A stretch of 62,900 nucleotides of DNA, the filler included, from Octopus bimaculoides (Eukaryota), in assembly GCF_001194135.2 (NCBI RefSeq). It is 9 parts of 7 records of this genome, joined end to end, with 100 filler letters (N's around TTAATTAATTAA, not from the genome) between each part and the next. Parts side by side here need not be neighbours in the genome. Positions count along the whole stretch, not along the records: positions 21,974 to 34,816 come from NC_069000.1; 8 more parts are not named here. The stretch is one strand, 5' to 3'. A program made the translations under genes and the position numbers. Positions 22,035 to 34,271 of this stretch are shown one piece after another (the stretch's first letter is position 1; every line of letters begins with the position of its first letter). The notes beneath the pieces were generated by a model, which was not told the origin of the DNA, searched no databases, and saw nothing but the letters and a program-made list of their open reading frames with translations.

Positions 22035-22888
22035 AACACAGCGGTCCTGGGCATGACATTAAACTGCATCCGGTACCGAGACTCCTGCTCAAGAGTTTAG
22101 AACAATTGTGCGAGTATAAGATTACCCCTTACTCTCCCCTCCTCTCGGTGCACCTTGGTCCAAGATTGTTGTACCTATCAGAAGCCCCGATTATGAGTGA
22201 AATAGCGGAAAATGGTCCTGTGACTGAGGCATATGTCTGGCTCCTAGATATGTGTCATACAGGCCTACCAGGATGCGGACATGCCCTGGTGCAACATGGA
22301 CCAGTGCCTCCGCTGAAGGTATAAAAATGTCCTATGCCTCGAGAGAGTAAGCTGTGGAAAAACAAGAAACTAGCAGGGTAATCTAAGTAAACCAGCAGAA
22401 AGCAAGGGAAAGCCATTTCTGTATTATGTTTCCTAAGAAAAAATAACCGCTTCCAGAGATGGTAGACTAATCGCTCGGTGGCAATTCGTACCAACTCTAA
22501 ACGAGAAGCAAAGATGATATGGATGACATGTCCCTTATTCTCCTTTGCTGTTTAAATACCTACCACTAACCATTTTGCGTTATTTCTCGTGGCTCATTTT
22601 TGTTTCGTCTATATAAATTACCCAGAGCATAAATGTGTCATTTTTTTGTATATGATTAAGTGTCTCGTCTGATGAAATAATTGCTGTGCTGATAACGCCT
22701 ATTACGACAGAAACACGTGTTTAGAGTTGCCTTTAATCTTCGCTTTGTGACAAGTTCGATAAGTAGTCTTGTGCTGGCTCTCTTTAGAATGTCTTCAGTG
22801 CTTACTTATGTGGGCTTGCCCGTATGTACTCGGAGTCCTTTTCGTTAAAATGACTTTCGATAAATTCAGCGTTACATTTATCTTGCAG

Positions 22889-22931
22889 GAAGTTTCAACG
22901 TCAGTTTTATAATCAATGGACCCTTCGGCAG
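22889..22931 (+). CDS. PKHD1L1: Fibrocystin-L-like exon 1 of window (GSFNVSFIINGPFGR)
   Basis: ttgcag|GA...GCAG|gtaagt, 43 nt, phase 1-2. Confidence 0.85.
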
Positions 22932-23350
22932 GTAAGTTTCCATCGAACGTTTAATTATCACATTTTATTTCCTTTGTCCTATCGGCAAACAACTACGTTT
23001 ATGGATTATATAACTTCATCTATGGGTTATATTATTATTATTATTATTATTATTGTTCAGTAGTTTTATTTTTATAACGTGCTTTCACTTCACTACCGAG
23101 CGCAGCTCTGTGCGCCTTGGGTATGTGCTGTGGTTTGCTGTGGTGCTTTTATGTTTACTGTATTGAAAGTGTTTTGCGTAGGATGTGTGCAGTACCCAGT
23201 AGTGCAATTTTCTGTATGTTATATATATTTGTAAGTCCTGGTATTTTTGTTATGTATTTGTCTGAGTATTTTTTTTATTATACCTAAGGCACCTACTATG
23301 ATAGGAATTGTTTCTGTTTTTAGACTCCACATTCGAGTTATCTCTATTTC

Positions 23351-23389
<39 letters not shown>

Positions 23390-25164
23390 CGTCTGTTATA
23401 TTAGTGAGTAGAACGTCTGTTAATTCCATCCAAACTTAATGTTTGTTACTGTTATTGTTTTGATTGAGTAAAACTCGTATAAATCAAGGCAAAACGAAAA
23501 CATAGCGTAAGAAAAGAAATGTAAAGTGTATGAAATTTTTTTTATTTTTTTAGATCGCGAGTGAGAGACGAGAAATACTTTTTGAGTCGAGCAGGGAAAC
23601 TGTATCAAGTACAGACTTATGCAGGTAAATATGTGTTAAATATTACATACATAATATCGATTATGTGTGTGCACGTGTATGTGTCAGCGGATGTGTGTGT
23701 GTGTGTGGGTGTATGGCATTTGATACATAGGTCATTGAAATTATTGTAGAATCTTTCAGAATTTAATGTTCTCGTCCCTTTTCAGAAATTAAATCGGTGG
23801 AGCCGCGTGAAGGCAGTGTCCTTGGAGGTACTTTGTTAACCATCAAAGGAAAAAACTTTGACGAAACAACAGCAAAAGCCAAAGTATTCGTAGGAGGTAA
23901 TATCTTAATTCTGAATTTCGTATATTAAACGTTCTTAATGTTTTCATTTTTTTCTCTCCTCTTTTATTTCATTTACCGTTGATAAACGCTCCTTTTAATT
24001 TATACCATTAATGATATTTGAAAATGCATGAGCATCACAAAATCTCATGATTCCTTTCCTAAGATATATGGCCTTGTGCCTGGTCAAAAAATTAGCATTT
24101 CTGCCCATTTTCTTTCTTCATTGGGGCTCTTACCCCACGCTCTGACTATTCCGCTGCTAATTCGCCGCCATTACACAGGCTTATAAAGAAAGAAAACACC
24201 ACTCCCTCTGTTTTGTATCAACTGACAAACAACCGAACTCCGAAACGTTGAATAACCTTATGTCTGTGGAAACTGAACTGATATAATCAAGGCTTTCTAT
24301 AAACTCTTCTATAGAATTCTTGAGACAGGATTTGCAGCGCAAGGGCTAATCACCCGACGCGGCGGGTTCACATCGCTCTGTTACAACATGACTAAAGATC
24401 GCACCTCTCGTTGTGCTTCCCTCCATTCACAAAAATATTAATACCGAGAAAGGCATAAATATCACACACTCAATGATCTCCACCCTATCAATCCACTTCC
24501 CGTAACCTACATCACAAAGGAACCATTAATTCTTTGAATAATGATTTATTTTCATTGAAAAGGGAGACCGTGCGTGATCACATCAAAAATAACAGACGAT
24601 TCTATTCTCTGTGAAGTGGATTCGAAACCAGAACACATGCCATTAATACATGCAGGTAGGTACACAGAATTTGTTTAGTTTCTATTATCCTCTTGCTGTT
24701 AATGTTGTCGATGTTGCTCTTTTCGTTCTTTCTTCGTTCGTAGTTGTGTTGTTATTTAACACTGGGCCCAGGTCTGTTCAACCAGTTTTTATTACGTAAC
24801 GGAATGGCGACCGTCGTCGTCTCATGTTTCGTTTGTTATTCGATTATATTGGGCTGGTGGTGCATAATTATTGCGGCTTTTATTTTTTTCAACAAATTTT
24901 ATTCAACAAAAAAAAAGCAAATAACAACATGTAACAAAAACATCTTCAAATGATTATTCCGGAGCATATTCACCATCTACATCAATTACGGCTTACCATT
25001 TGCTTGGCAGACGGTCAGACCGTCATTTAAAGATGGTTTTGTTAAACATTGTTATTGTTTTTGTTGAATAAAATTTGTTGAAAAAAAAGCCGCAATAATT
25101 ATGCACCAACCGAATCTAGTAACATTTTAACAGTTGGGGATATTTTGAAGGATCTCGATCGCAC

Positions 25165-25195
<31 letters not shown>

Positions 25196-28100
25196 GGTGG
25201 TGGTGGTGGTGGTGNNNNNNNNNNNAAGACAATATAAAATAGTGGGCGGCGGCAAAGCTGGAAGAATAGAGGGGCTGATGCCCCAGGGCGATGATCGGGG
25301 GTGGGGGGACAGGCACAGCAGCTGAAGCAATAACCATCACCACAACCACAACAGCAACAACAATAACATCAATGGTAACCATAACAAAAACAACAATAGC
25401 ATCAATTACAACCACTGCAACAACATCCACAACAACAACAACCACTAGTACAATAACAGTAGCAGCAAAGACATCTACCACCACCACCACAACAACAACA
25501 ACAACAGCAATAACAACATTCACAGCCACTACAAGAACAACTCACCGTTACTCTCTCTTTCTGTCTGTTCTCCCATAGGAAACCGTGGTCTGAAGATCGA
25601 GAGCTGGGATATCGGGGCTCAGTCGTTTTCGAAATTGAGATCCTTCAATAGCACCACGTCTGGTTATATGGAGGGCTGGAATGATAACGGTGAATATTCC
25701 ACAAGTAAAGATCGAAAAAGCATACGAATGTTAGGGTTTCTGGTTCCAATTTACTCCGGTAGACAGACCCTCAAATTAAACGGTAACGGACCGTCACAGA
25801 TTTGGCTGAGTACGAACGAAAGTAAAGAATTCATGGTAAGAAAATGCCGGAATCGAACTTACTGTCTTCTCTATTGCATGTGTAATCATCACCATCATCA
25901 TCATCCTCATCATCACAACCATCATCGTTACCATCATCATCATCATCACCATTTATCGTCCCTTCTTTCCCATGCTGGCATGGGTTGGATGGTTTGACAG
26001 GCTCCCGCAAGCCAAACGACTGCGGTCAGCTTTTGCTTGATCTCTACAACCGGACACACCATTCTTTCAATTGTTTCATTTATTCATTCATTTATGAAAT
26101 AATAAATTCAAATTAATTATATTTCTTTTGTTTTCAGCGTCGGACTGAAAATGTTGAAATTGATCTGATCAAAGACAAAAGGTAAAAAAAAAAAACAATT
26201 CTTTATTTACCCCGTCTACCAAATCCACTCACAAGACTTATTATATGCTATACATATGTCCCTTCTTTTTCGGTGTATACCGTGTATACTTTCTTTCTTT
26301 CTTTCCATTTTTTCATCATTTCATTATATGTAAACCCCCGCCCCCACACTTTATGTCTGTCTCTGTATTGTCCCCCTCATCCTTTGCTCCTGTGGCAAAT
26401 AAATGAAATCATGATAATTTTCCGTTTTTGATAAGTATTATGTTATTTGTTTCTTCCAAATTTTCCTCTCGTCTGTTTCAGGTATTACATAGAGGTTTTG
26501 TATGAAAACCGATACGCGAAACCTACATCGGAAGTCTTGGCAAGAATGTTTAGCAAGAACAGCTCTGTGACTCAGTCGCAGACGGGTTACAGTAGAAACA
26601 TGAAACAAAGAATCGTTCTCAGCACAACTGAAGTCAACGAAACAATGGTAAGTCTTTTCCACTTTAGGCACAAGGCCTGAAATTTTTGGGGAGGGGCCAG
26701 TCAATTAGAACCAGTACATGACTGGTACTTAATTTATCGACCCCGAAAGGATGAAAGGCAAAGACGACCTTGGCGGAATTTGAACTCAGAGCATAAAGAC
26801 AGGCGAAATACCACTAAGCATTTCATCCAGCGTGCTAACGTTTCTGCCAGCTCGCCGCCTTAAAACAATGGTAAGTCTGAAGGAACTACACGTTCTTTAA
26901 CTTCAACACATCCTATGTACACAACCATTCTTTACATTTATCCAGATAATAAAATTGAATGAATTAAACAAAACTGAAAGTTCCGATGACATCCAGAGTT
27001 TAATAATAAGAAAGAATTCTCCCCAGACCGACGGTGCTAAATTCAAGTTGAAGTTTGGTAAAGCTGTCACGTGTAAGTAACAATTTCAGTTCTTTAAATT
27101 CGGTAGAATTTATTTGCAGTTAATATTTTGTTATTCTTACGTTAGGAGTCACTATCCATAAATATTAATGAGTAATAATATCTAATGTGTCATTACCCAC
27201 TTAATGCTGGGTTGTGACCGAAAAAGAATGATCGCGAATACAAGCGATCGGAATTAGGGTTCATCCGAGGGTTCTTTGGAGTAACAATTCTCGACAGGGA
27301 GCGTAACTCAGAGATCATGGAGTTTTTCTAGGTCAAGCCGTTATTTCTCTACATTGAGAGGTTATAGCTCCAGAACTACGGACATGGGATTAGAATTTCA
27401 CAGGAAAGAATCACAGAACGAATTCTTGAAGCTGAGCCAACTAGCAGAAGACCTAAAAGTTGACCAAGAATGGAATGGTTGGATAATATCCCGTAGTCTC
27501 AGTAGTCACGGTTGGCCAGCTTAAAAGAGTATAGATGGCTGCTTCTATTAGGAGTCCATGGAGGCGGTACCCATGGAGAATTCCGCCACAAACTTTCTTG
27601 GAACGGTGTGCAGAGAAAATGGATGGATGGTTAATTTATTATTGTTTTATCTAGCTTTATGTGTTGTTTTATTATTTGGCTCGAGCAGATTTGAAGAGTA
27701 GATTGGTTGAATCTTTAGAGAATTGGACAAATTAACCAGTTGCAAGATGGGACAAGAATCAGCTTATGTATTTTGCAATATTTTTTTTCTTTACAGTACC
27801 ACTTCCAGGAACTGCATCAGCAAAAGATATCCAATATGCTTTAGATTCGTTACCAAGTCTGACCAGAATGGTTCGAGTAGTAGAGAACAGTACAGGAAAC
27901 ACAACCGATTTCTACATTTTCTTGAAGTTACCCATTGGTAAGTAAAAAAAAAGAAGAGATAATTTACCATTCTTAAGAAATAAGTCTGTTCATTGGGTCT
28001 GAACTTATTTCAATTTCCGTTGGTATGGCACAGTGCAGGGGGTGGTCATTCACGAGCGAGTATGGCTTAGTAGCATGTACCGTGCTTTCCCTATTGTTTT

Positions 28101-29616
28101 AGGTGCTCTTATAGTCGCTGGGAAGCAGACACAGACACCTTCCAAGATGCTGGGGAGACTCAGTGTGAAATGAAGTGCTTTGCTTAACGACATGACACAC
28201 TCTGCTCTGCTAAAAAAACTGAGCCTGCTGCCTTTATGACCGTGATCTGAACACCCTAACCATGAGACCGTGCGCCTTCACGAAACGATCGAGAGTACAA
28301 AACCAACACCTGGCCTGCCAGTCTTATATATAGTAGTATCTATTAAAGGGTTGAAAATATAATAGCTAAAGGGTTAAATCATAATGAAATACACCTCCGT
28401 TACAGTTGTTGTTGTTACCGTTGCTGCTGTTCTTAATTGTTTTGATCCAGACACACTCCGGGCTAAACAACGATGTTTGAAAAACCCAGTAGGTTACGAG
28501 ATGTTACACGTAATATAAAAAAAAATGTTCATTATTGATCTGGTTTTAATTATTAGGAAGTCTGCCGCTGATAGAAGTCGAACACGTTCCTGATTATAAT
28601 GGCAACAAACTTGACATCAGTCTGACAAAAATGGCGAACGGAAAAGCTAGTAACCGTCACTTTGCATTCACACTAGATGGCGTTATGTCATCACCACTTT
28701 CGGTGAAAGCGACAGCTGAACAGGTAAGTTCAGAAATATGAACTGAGAGGCATTTCGAAAACCGCCTGATGCTTATCTCTGTAATCTAACTCACGATTTT
28801 AAATGCAAACCACTGGTAACAGTACTTGCCACAGGTGTATAAAATAGCATTAATTTTTATAGATCTGTGATAGGAAATCATGTGATCCTCATCAGAAAAC
28901 CATCCGATGATGTAACATGATTTTTATCATGGATGTTTGTTACATAATAAACATAGTTATGACATACATCATGATTCACCTCGAAACAGTTGTCAAGATA
29001 AGACTAATATATCATTGCATTTGTTTATTTGTATTCCTTGTAAATATATTTATTAAACCGATATTTGTGTTTACCTGTCTTTTTATATCTCTGTCTGTCT
29101 GTCTGTCTCTCTCTCTTCTCACTATCTCTTTCTCTCCTCTCTCACTTTCTCTCTCTCTATATATATATATACACACACAAGCATACATGCATACATACAA
29201 ATACATGTATGACATCTTATTGATTTCCCCTTATCTTCTATCCATAGATATCAACTGCCTTAAACAAAATGTTCGCAGTTACCTGCCCTTCTTATATATC
29301 TTCACCTCCGAAAGGGACGTACGGTTATTTCAACGATTTTGAAAATCCTTCCGATTACAATCACAATGGTGAAGCTGTCAGCGACAGGACCCCGTTCTGT
29401 GGCAAAGTCTCCGTCAAGAACCCGTCAGTGATTTACTACAATGATAAATATCAACTTAGTTTGGAGAAATTTCCTTTTGTAAGTTAATCCAACAAACAAG
29501 ATTTTTTTTTTTGCATAATTTTGCTTATTTTTCCGCAGGATTGAATTAAGAAAGGAAAAGATTCGGCATGGAACATCCTTAGAATGTTTCGACCAAAATA
29601 TGTGTGTGTGTGTGTG

Positions 29617-29650
<34 letters not shown>

Positions 29651-30546
29651 CGTAACTGGTACTTATTTAATCGACCCCGAAAGGATAAAAGGCTAAGTCG
29701 ACCTCGGCGGAAATTGAACTCAGAACGTAACGGCAGACGAAATACGACTGAGCATTTCGCCCCGGAGTGCTAACGTTTCTATCAGCTGTGTGTGTATGTG
29801 TGTGTGAGTGTGTGTGTGTATGCGTGTGTGTGTGTGTGTGTTATTGTTTTTGAAGGTGTACTGCGAACAATGTGAAGTGTACTCAATACATACAGCAGAG
29901 TAAATATATGATTTTATGAGAATTTTATTGTTGTAATCATTACTTCAAGATGTTCCCCCTGGAGGTTGTTTTCAGATGGCAGCATTCCAGCAACAAAACT
30001 AATGGAAAAAAAAAAAAAAGAAACGAAAAGAAGCAATATGATAGTAAATATTTGTTTGTTTGTTTTTTCTGTAGCTGTGTACAGCACTTCATGGTGATGC
30101 TGACTTCGTGATGAAAGTAAACTTCCAATACAGAACCAACCCCACGGTTAATCCAACCTCAAGGACAACTTATATACCAACACATCTCACCTATTTGACA
30201 GAGTAAGTATTTATGTGCGTGTATGTGTGTGTATGTGTGTGTATGTACGTATCTGTGACGAGTATGTGTCTCTCTCTATGTGTGTGTATTACTTTATTGC
30301 CCACAGGGGGGGGGGGATAAACATAGAGAGGGGACAAACAAGAACAGATAAAGGGATTAAGTCGATTACATCGACCCCAGTGCGTAACTGGTACTTATTT
30401 AATCGACCCCGAAAGGATGAAAGGCTAAGTCGACCTCGGCGGGAATTGAACTCANNNNNNNNNNNNNNNNNNNNNNNNNNNNNNNNNNNNNNNNNNNNNN
30501 NNNNNNNNNNNNNNNNNNNNNNNNNNNNNNNNNNNNNNNNNNNNNN

Positions 30547-30590
<44 letters not shown>

Positions 30591-30682
30591 TGCGTGTGCG
30601 TGTGCATGTGTGTGTGTGTCTACATATATATATATATATATAATTTAGTTGTTTTAATCATCATTATTATTATTATTATTAC

Positions 30683-30713
<31 letters not shown>

Positions 30714-33700
30714 TTAATCTTTTACGTTTAGGTGGAAATATATCTGCTGGGACGTGTTAGATTCTATCAAAGTGACTGGCGGAATAATGTACAAACTGAA
30801 AGAAATAAAAATAGAACGGAAAAACAATCTGATTCTTTTGATGGACGCCATTAGTTTGAAATTCATCACAGACGGAACCATAATGTCAGGTAGGTTGTCA
30901 GGTGTTTTGGTTATGTTTCACTTGTAGTTCCTCTTTCCTGTGAGAAACCCGTAGTGTCTGCGTGGCGAAGGAGTTTATGTTCACTCGGAAGTTTGTTTCT
31001 TAGACCAGGCGACATGCTGTGTCCTTGGGCAAGGTTCTTCATTTCACGATGCTCATATCTACCCAGTTGCAGTTGGGCACTGATGCAACCCCCACCTCTA
31101 TCTCTTTCTCCTTCGATTATCTCATCCTCAATGTTCCTCTGGGTCATGGGTAGTAGGACAGCCAGAGTGGTCTTCGCTAAAAAAACACCCGCCATGTCAG
31201 GTGTAGTGTTAAATCGAGCGACAGGTTAAGGGTACCACCCAAAAATGAAATGAGAAGTGGGTACGTTTAAAAAGTAGCTTTACTTGTATTGATATTTCTT
31301 TTCAGAACTTGCCGGTGCCACAGTGCGGCAGTTACCGCCGCTGAATCCCAGACTTGCTATGAAACAAGTGAAGGTGGAAAAACTGATAACGAATGTATTC
31401 CGGATAACCTTTGATGTCCATAATTGCACAGACAAGCTGCCCACGTTTCAAACCTTACCCAAAGAGGTAAATCTTAATTATATGTTTTTGTATTATTGCT
31501 TATTTCAGTGAACGGACTGCATCCAAACTGCGGCGCCGCCTTGAGCGGGGTTTAATCGACCACATCGATTCCATTACTTATTTTTAAGACAGATGCTTTC
31601 TTTAGCGATCTTCAGTTTGTCACACTGATAGATTACAGATCATAAACAAAGTAACCTTTTGCTTCTAGGTGTATTATAATGTTTTGTGAAATACTTGTCG
31701 TTAACACCACATTTCTCGAACTTTTGTTTATTTTCTTTCATCTATTTGAAAGGGAGAATTTTTTCCCGAAATATTATAAGCTTACAAAATAATCTAAAAC
31801 AATTACATCGACTGGGGTCGATGTAATCGACTAATCCCTTCAAAATTTCTGGCTTTGTGCCAAAATCTGAAAGCAAAGGCGATGAGCCGGCAGAATCAAT
31901 AAAGAATCTGACAAAATTCTAAGCGAAATTTCTTCGGTTCTTTACGTTGTACGTTCAAATTCCGCCGAGGTCGATTCTACCTTTTCATCGTTTCAGGGCC
32001 AATAAAACTAAGTCCCATTTGAACACTAGCGTCGATGTAACACTTCTTAACTCCTCCTCTAAAATCGGTGACCTTGTGCCAAAATTAGAAGCTATTTTAT
32101 AAAATATGGCCTTACCATTTTAAAATGATACAGTGTGATTTGTGGGAAATTTCCAATTTCTAGTTCGTCGAGTGACTACATACAGGTTCGATCGTCAGCT
32201 CGAAGATAATCTTTAGTTTTTACACCAGAAAATATTCAAAGTCATAGCTGACTCTGGTAGGATTTGAACTCGCAACTTCAAGAAAGCAAAACTCGTAAAT
32301 ATATTTTGTTTTTCGTTCTGTCATGTTTCAACGTTTTCATAATTCATAAATTATATAATTAGCAATGTTTAATCAATGTAATTCTAATTAGAATATCGTA
32401 ATTAAACTAATTGATATGTGGTGAGACTAATGTAATTAATTCATCGAAATAGACTGAAACTGTAATTGCTATTTTGATAATTAATTGCAATTAATATTCC
32501 GTTAGTGAAAAAAAATTGATAGAAAGGGTTGATTAAAAAATAAACAACATCGAGGGCGGAGTAGAACTTCCTCCTCCTTCTTCTCCTCCTCCTCCTCCTC
32601 CTAATACTACTACTAATACTACTACTCCCGTTTCTTCTTGGAGAATAGAATTATTATTATTAATAAATTAACATTACAGGAGTGTACTTCTTCTTCTTCA
32701 TCATCTTCTTCTTCTTCTTCCNNNNNNNNNNNNNNNNNNNNNNNNNNNNNNNNNNNNNNNNNNNNNNNNNNNNNNNNNNNNNNNNNNNNNNNNNNNNNNN
32801 NNNNNNNNNNNNNNNNNNNNNNNNNNNNNNNNNNNNNNNNNNNNNNNNNNNNNNNNNNNNNNNNNNNNNNNNNNNNNNNNNNNNNNNNNNNNNNNNNNNN
32901 NNNNNNNNNNNNNNNNNNNNNNNNNNNNNNNNNNNNNNNNNNNNNNNNNNNNNNNNNNNNNNNNNNNNNNNNNNNNNNNNNNNNNNNNNNNNNNNNNNNN
33001 NNNNNNNNNNNNNNNNNNNNNNNNNNNNNNNNNNNNNNNNNNNNNNNNNNNNNNNNNNNNNNNNNNNNNNNNNNNNNNNNNNNNNNNNNNNNNNNNNNNN
33101 NNNNNNNNNNNNNNNNNNNNNNNNNNNNNNNNNNNNNNNNNNNNNNNNNNNNNNNNNNNNNNNNNNNNNNNNNNNNNNNNNNNNNNNNNNNNNNNNNNNN
33201 NNNNNNNNNNNNNNNNNNNNNNNNNNNNNNNNNNNNNNNNNNNNNNNNNNNNNNNNNATATATATATATATCATGGCATTCGCCATGATAGATCGCTAGT
33301 CACAATACATTCTTTATTTTCTCTCCTTGTTTCTTTCTGTGTTCTTTTCTGTAGAAGAGCGTAGGCTCGAAACGTTAAAGACTTTTTCACTTCCCGAGCG
33401 TTGAACTAACATATCTGTTTGTTGTCTACACCACCTGTCTTCGTCTTTTTTTGTGTGAATTCTCCCCCTATATATATATATACACTACATAAATAATATT
33501 TTTATAAACCAACTTGAAAGGCTTTGCAAGTTACGGAGAGAAAGCTACTATGAAAGACTCATAGTATAATAACTGTATAATATATATCATGATATTTGTA
33601 CATACATATTTCTTTTACATTCTCTCTTTTATAATTGTCATTTTACTTGTAACTACCCGTTTTCTGTTTTAAAACCTCCCAACAATTATTTCTGAGCGGT

Positions 33701-34218
33701 TTGTGGGAGCTTGGAACAGATTGATTACATTTTAATTAATTTCAATGAAGAAAATTGATTTGTAAAACGAGTAAATCGTAAGACGAGTTCGGTCATGGAA
33801 CGAATTAAACTCGTACTGCGAGGTATCACTGTAATAGCTATATAAACAGGGAAATTTTAACTATTTCTCCGTCTATAAGAAAAATGATTAACTACCGTAA
33901 TCAATTTTCGGAACTCATTAGGCTCTCATCAGCGATACAGAGTGACTCAGCGGCCGAGTGTTTCGTGCATTGTCATTTATGAAGCTAACTACCATTCTAT
34001 ACCTGTTGATCTGCAGATTTTGCCCTCTTCACAAGAAATGCTGCAATCGAGTGGAAATGTTGCCGTAGAGATCCTGAAAAACATCACACCTGGAATTTGG
34101 ACCCTGATGAAAGCCAGTCCCCCCCTTGAAGGGTCATTCAGAGTATCATTTAATGGAGAACAAAGTGAAAGTAAGTCTCCTCTTTCGCGCGCGTGCGAGC
34201 TCGCTATACCTCTATTTT

Positions 34219-34271
<53 letters not shown>

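Noticed and set aside
22106-22324. 72-aa ORF upstream of the first fibrocystin-L exon as the preceding exon
   Set aside because: No similarity to the expected TIG-domain sequence and weak splice sites
25291-25578. Thr-rich mucin-like ORF directly upstream of exon 5
   Set aside because: Degenerate ACA/ACC microsatellite; ends in the TAG that is the exon 5 acceptor; exons 4 and 5 join in phase without it
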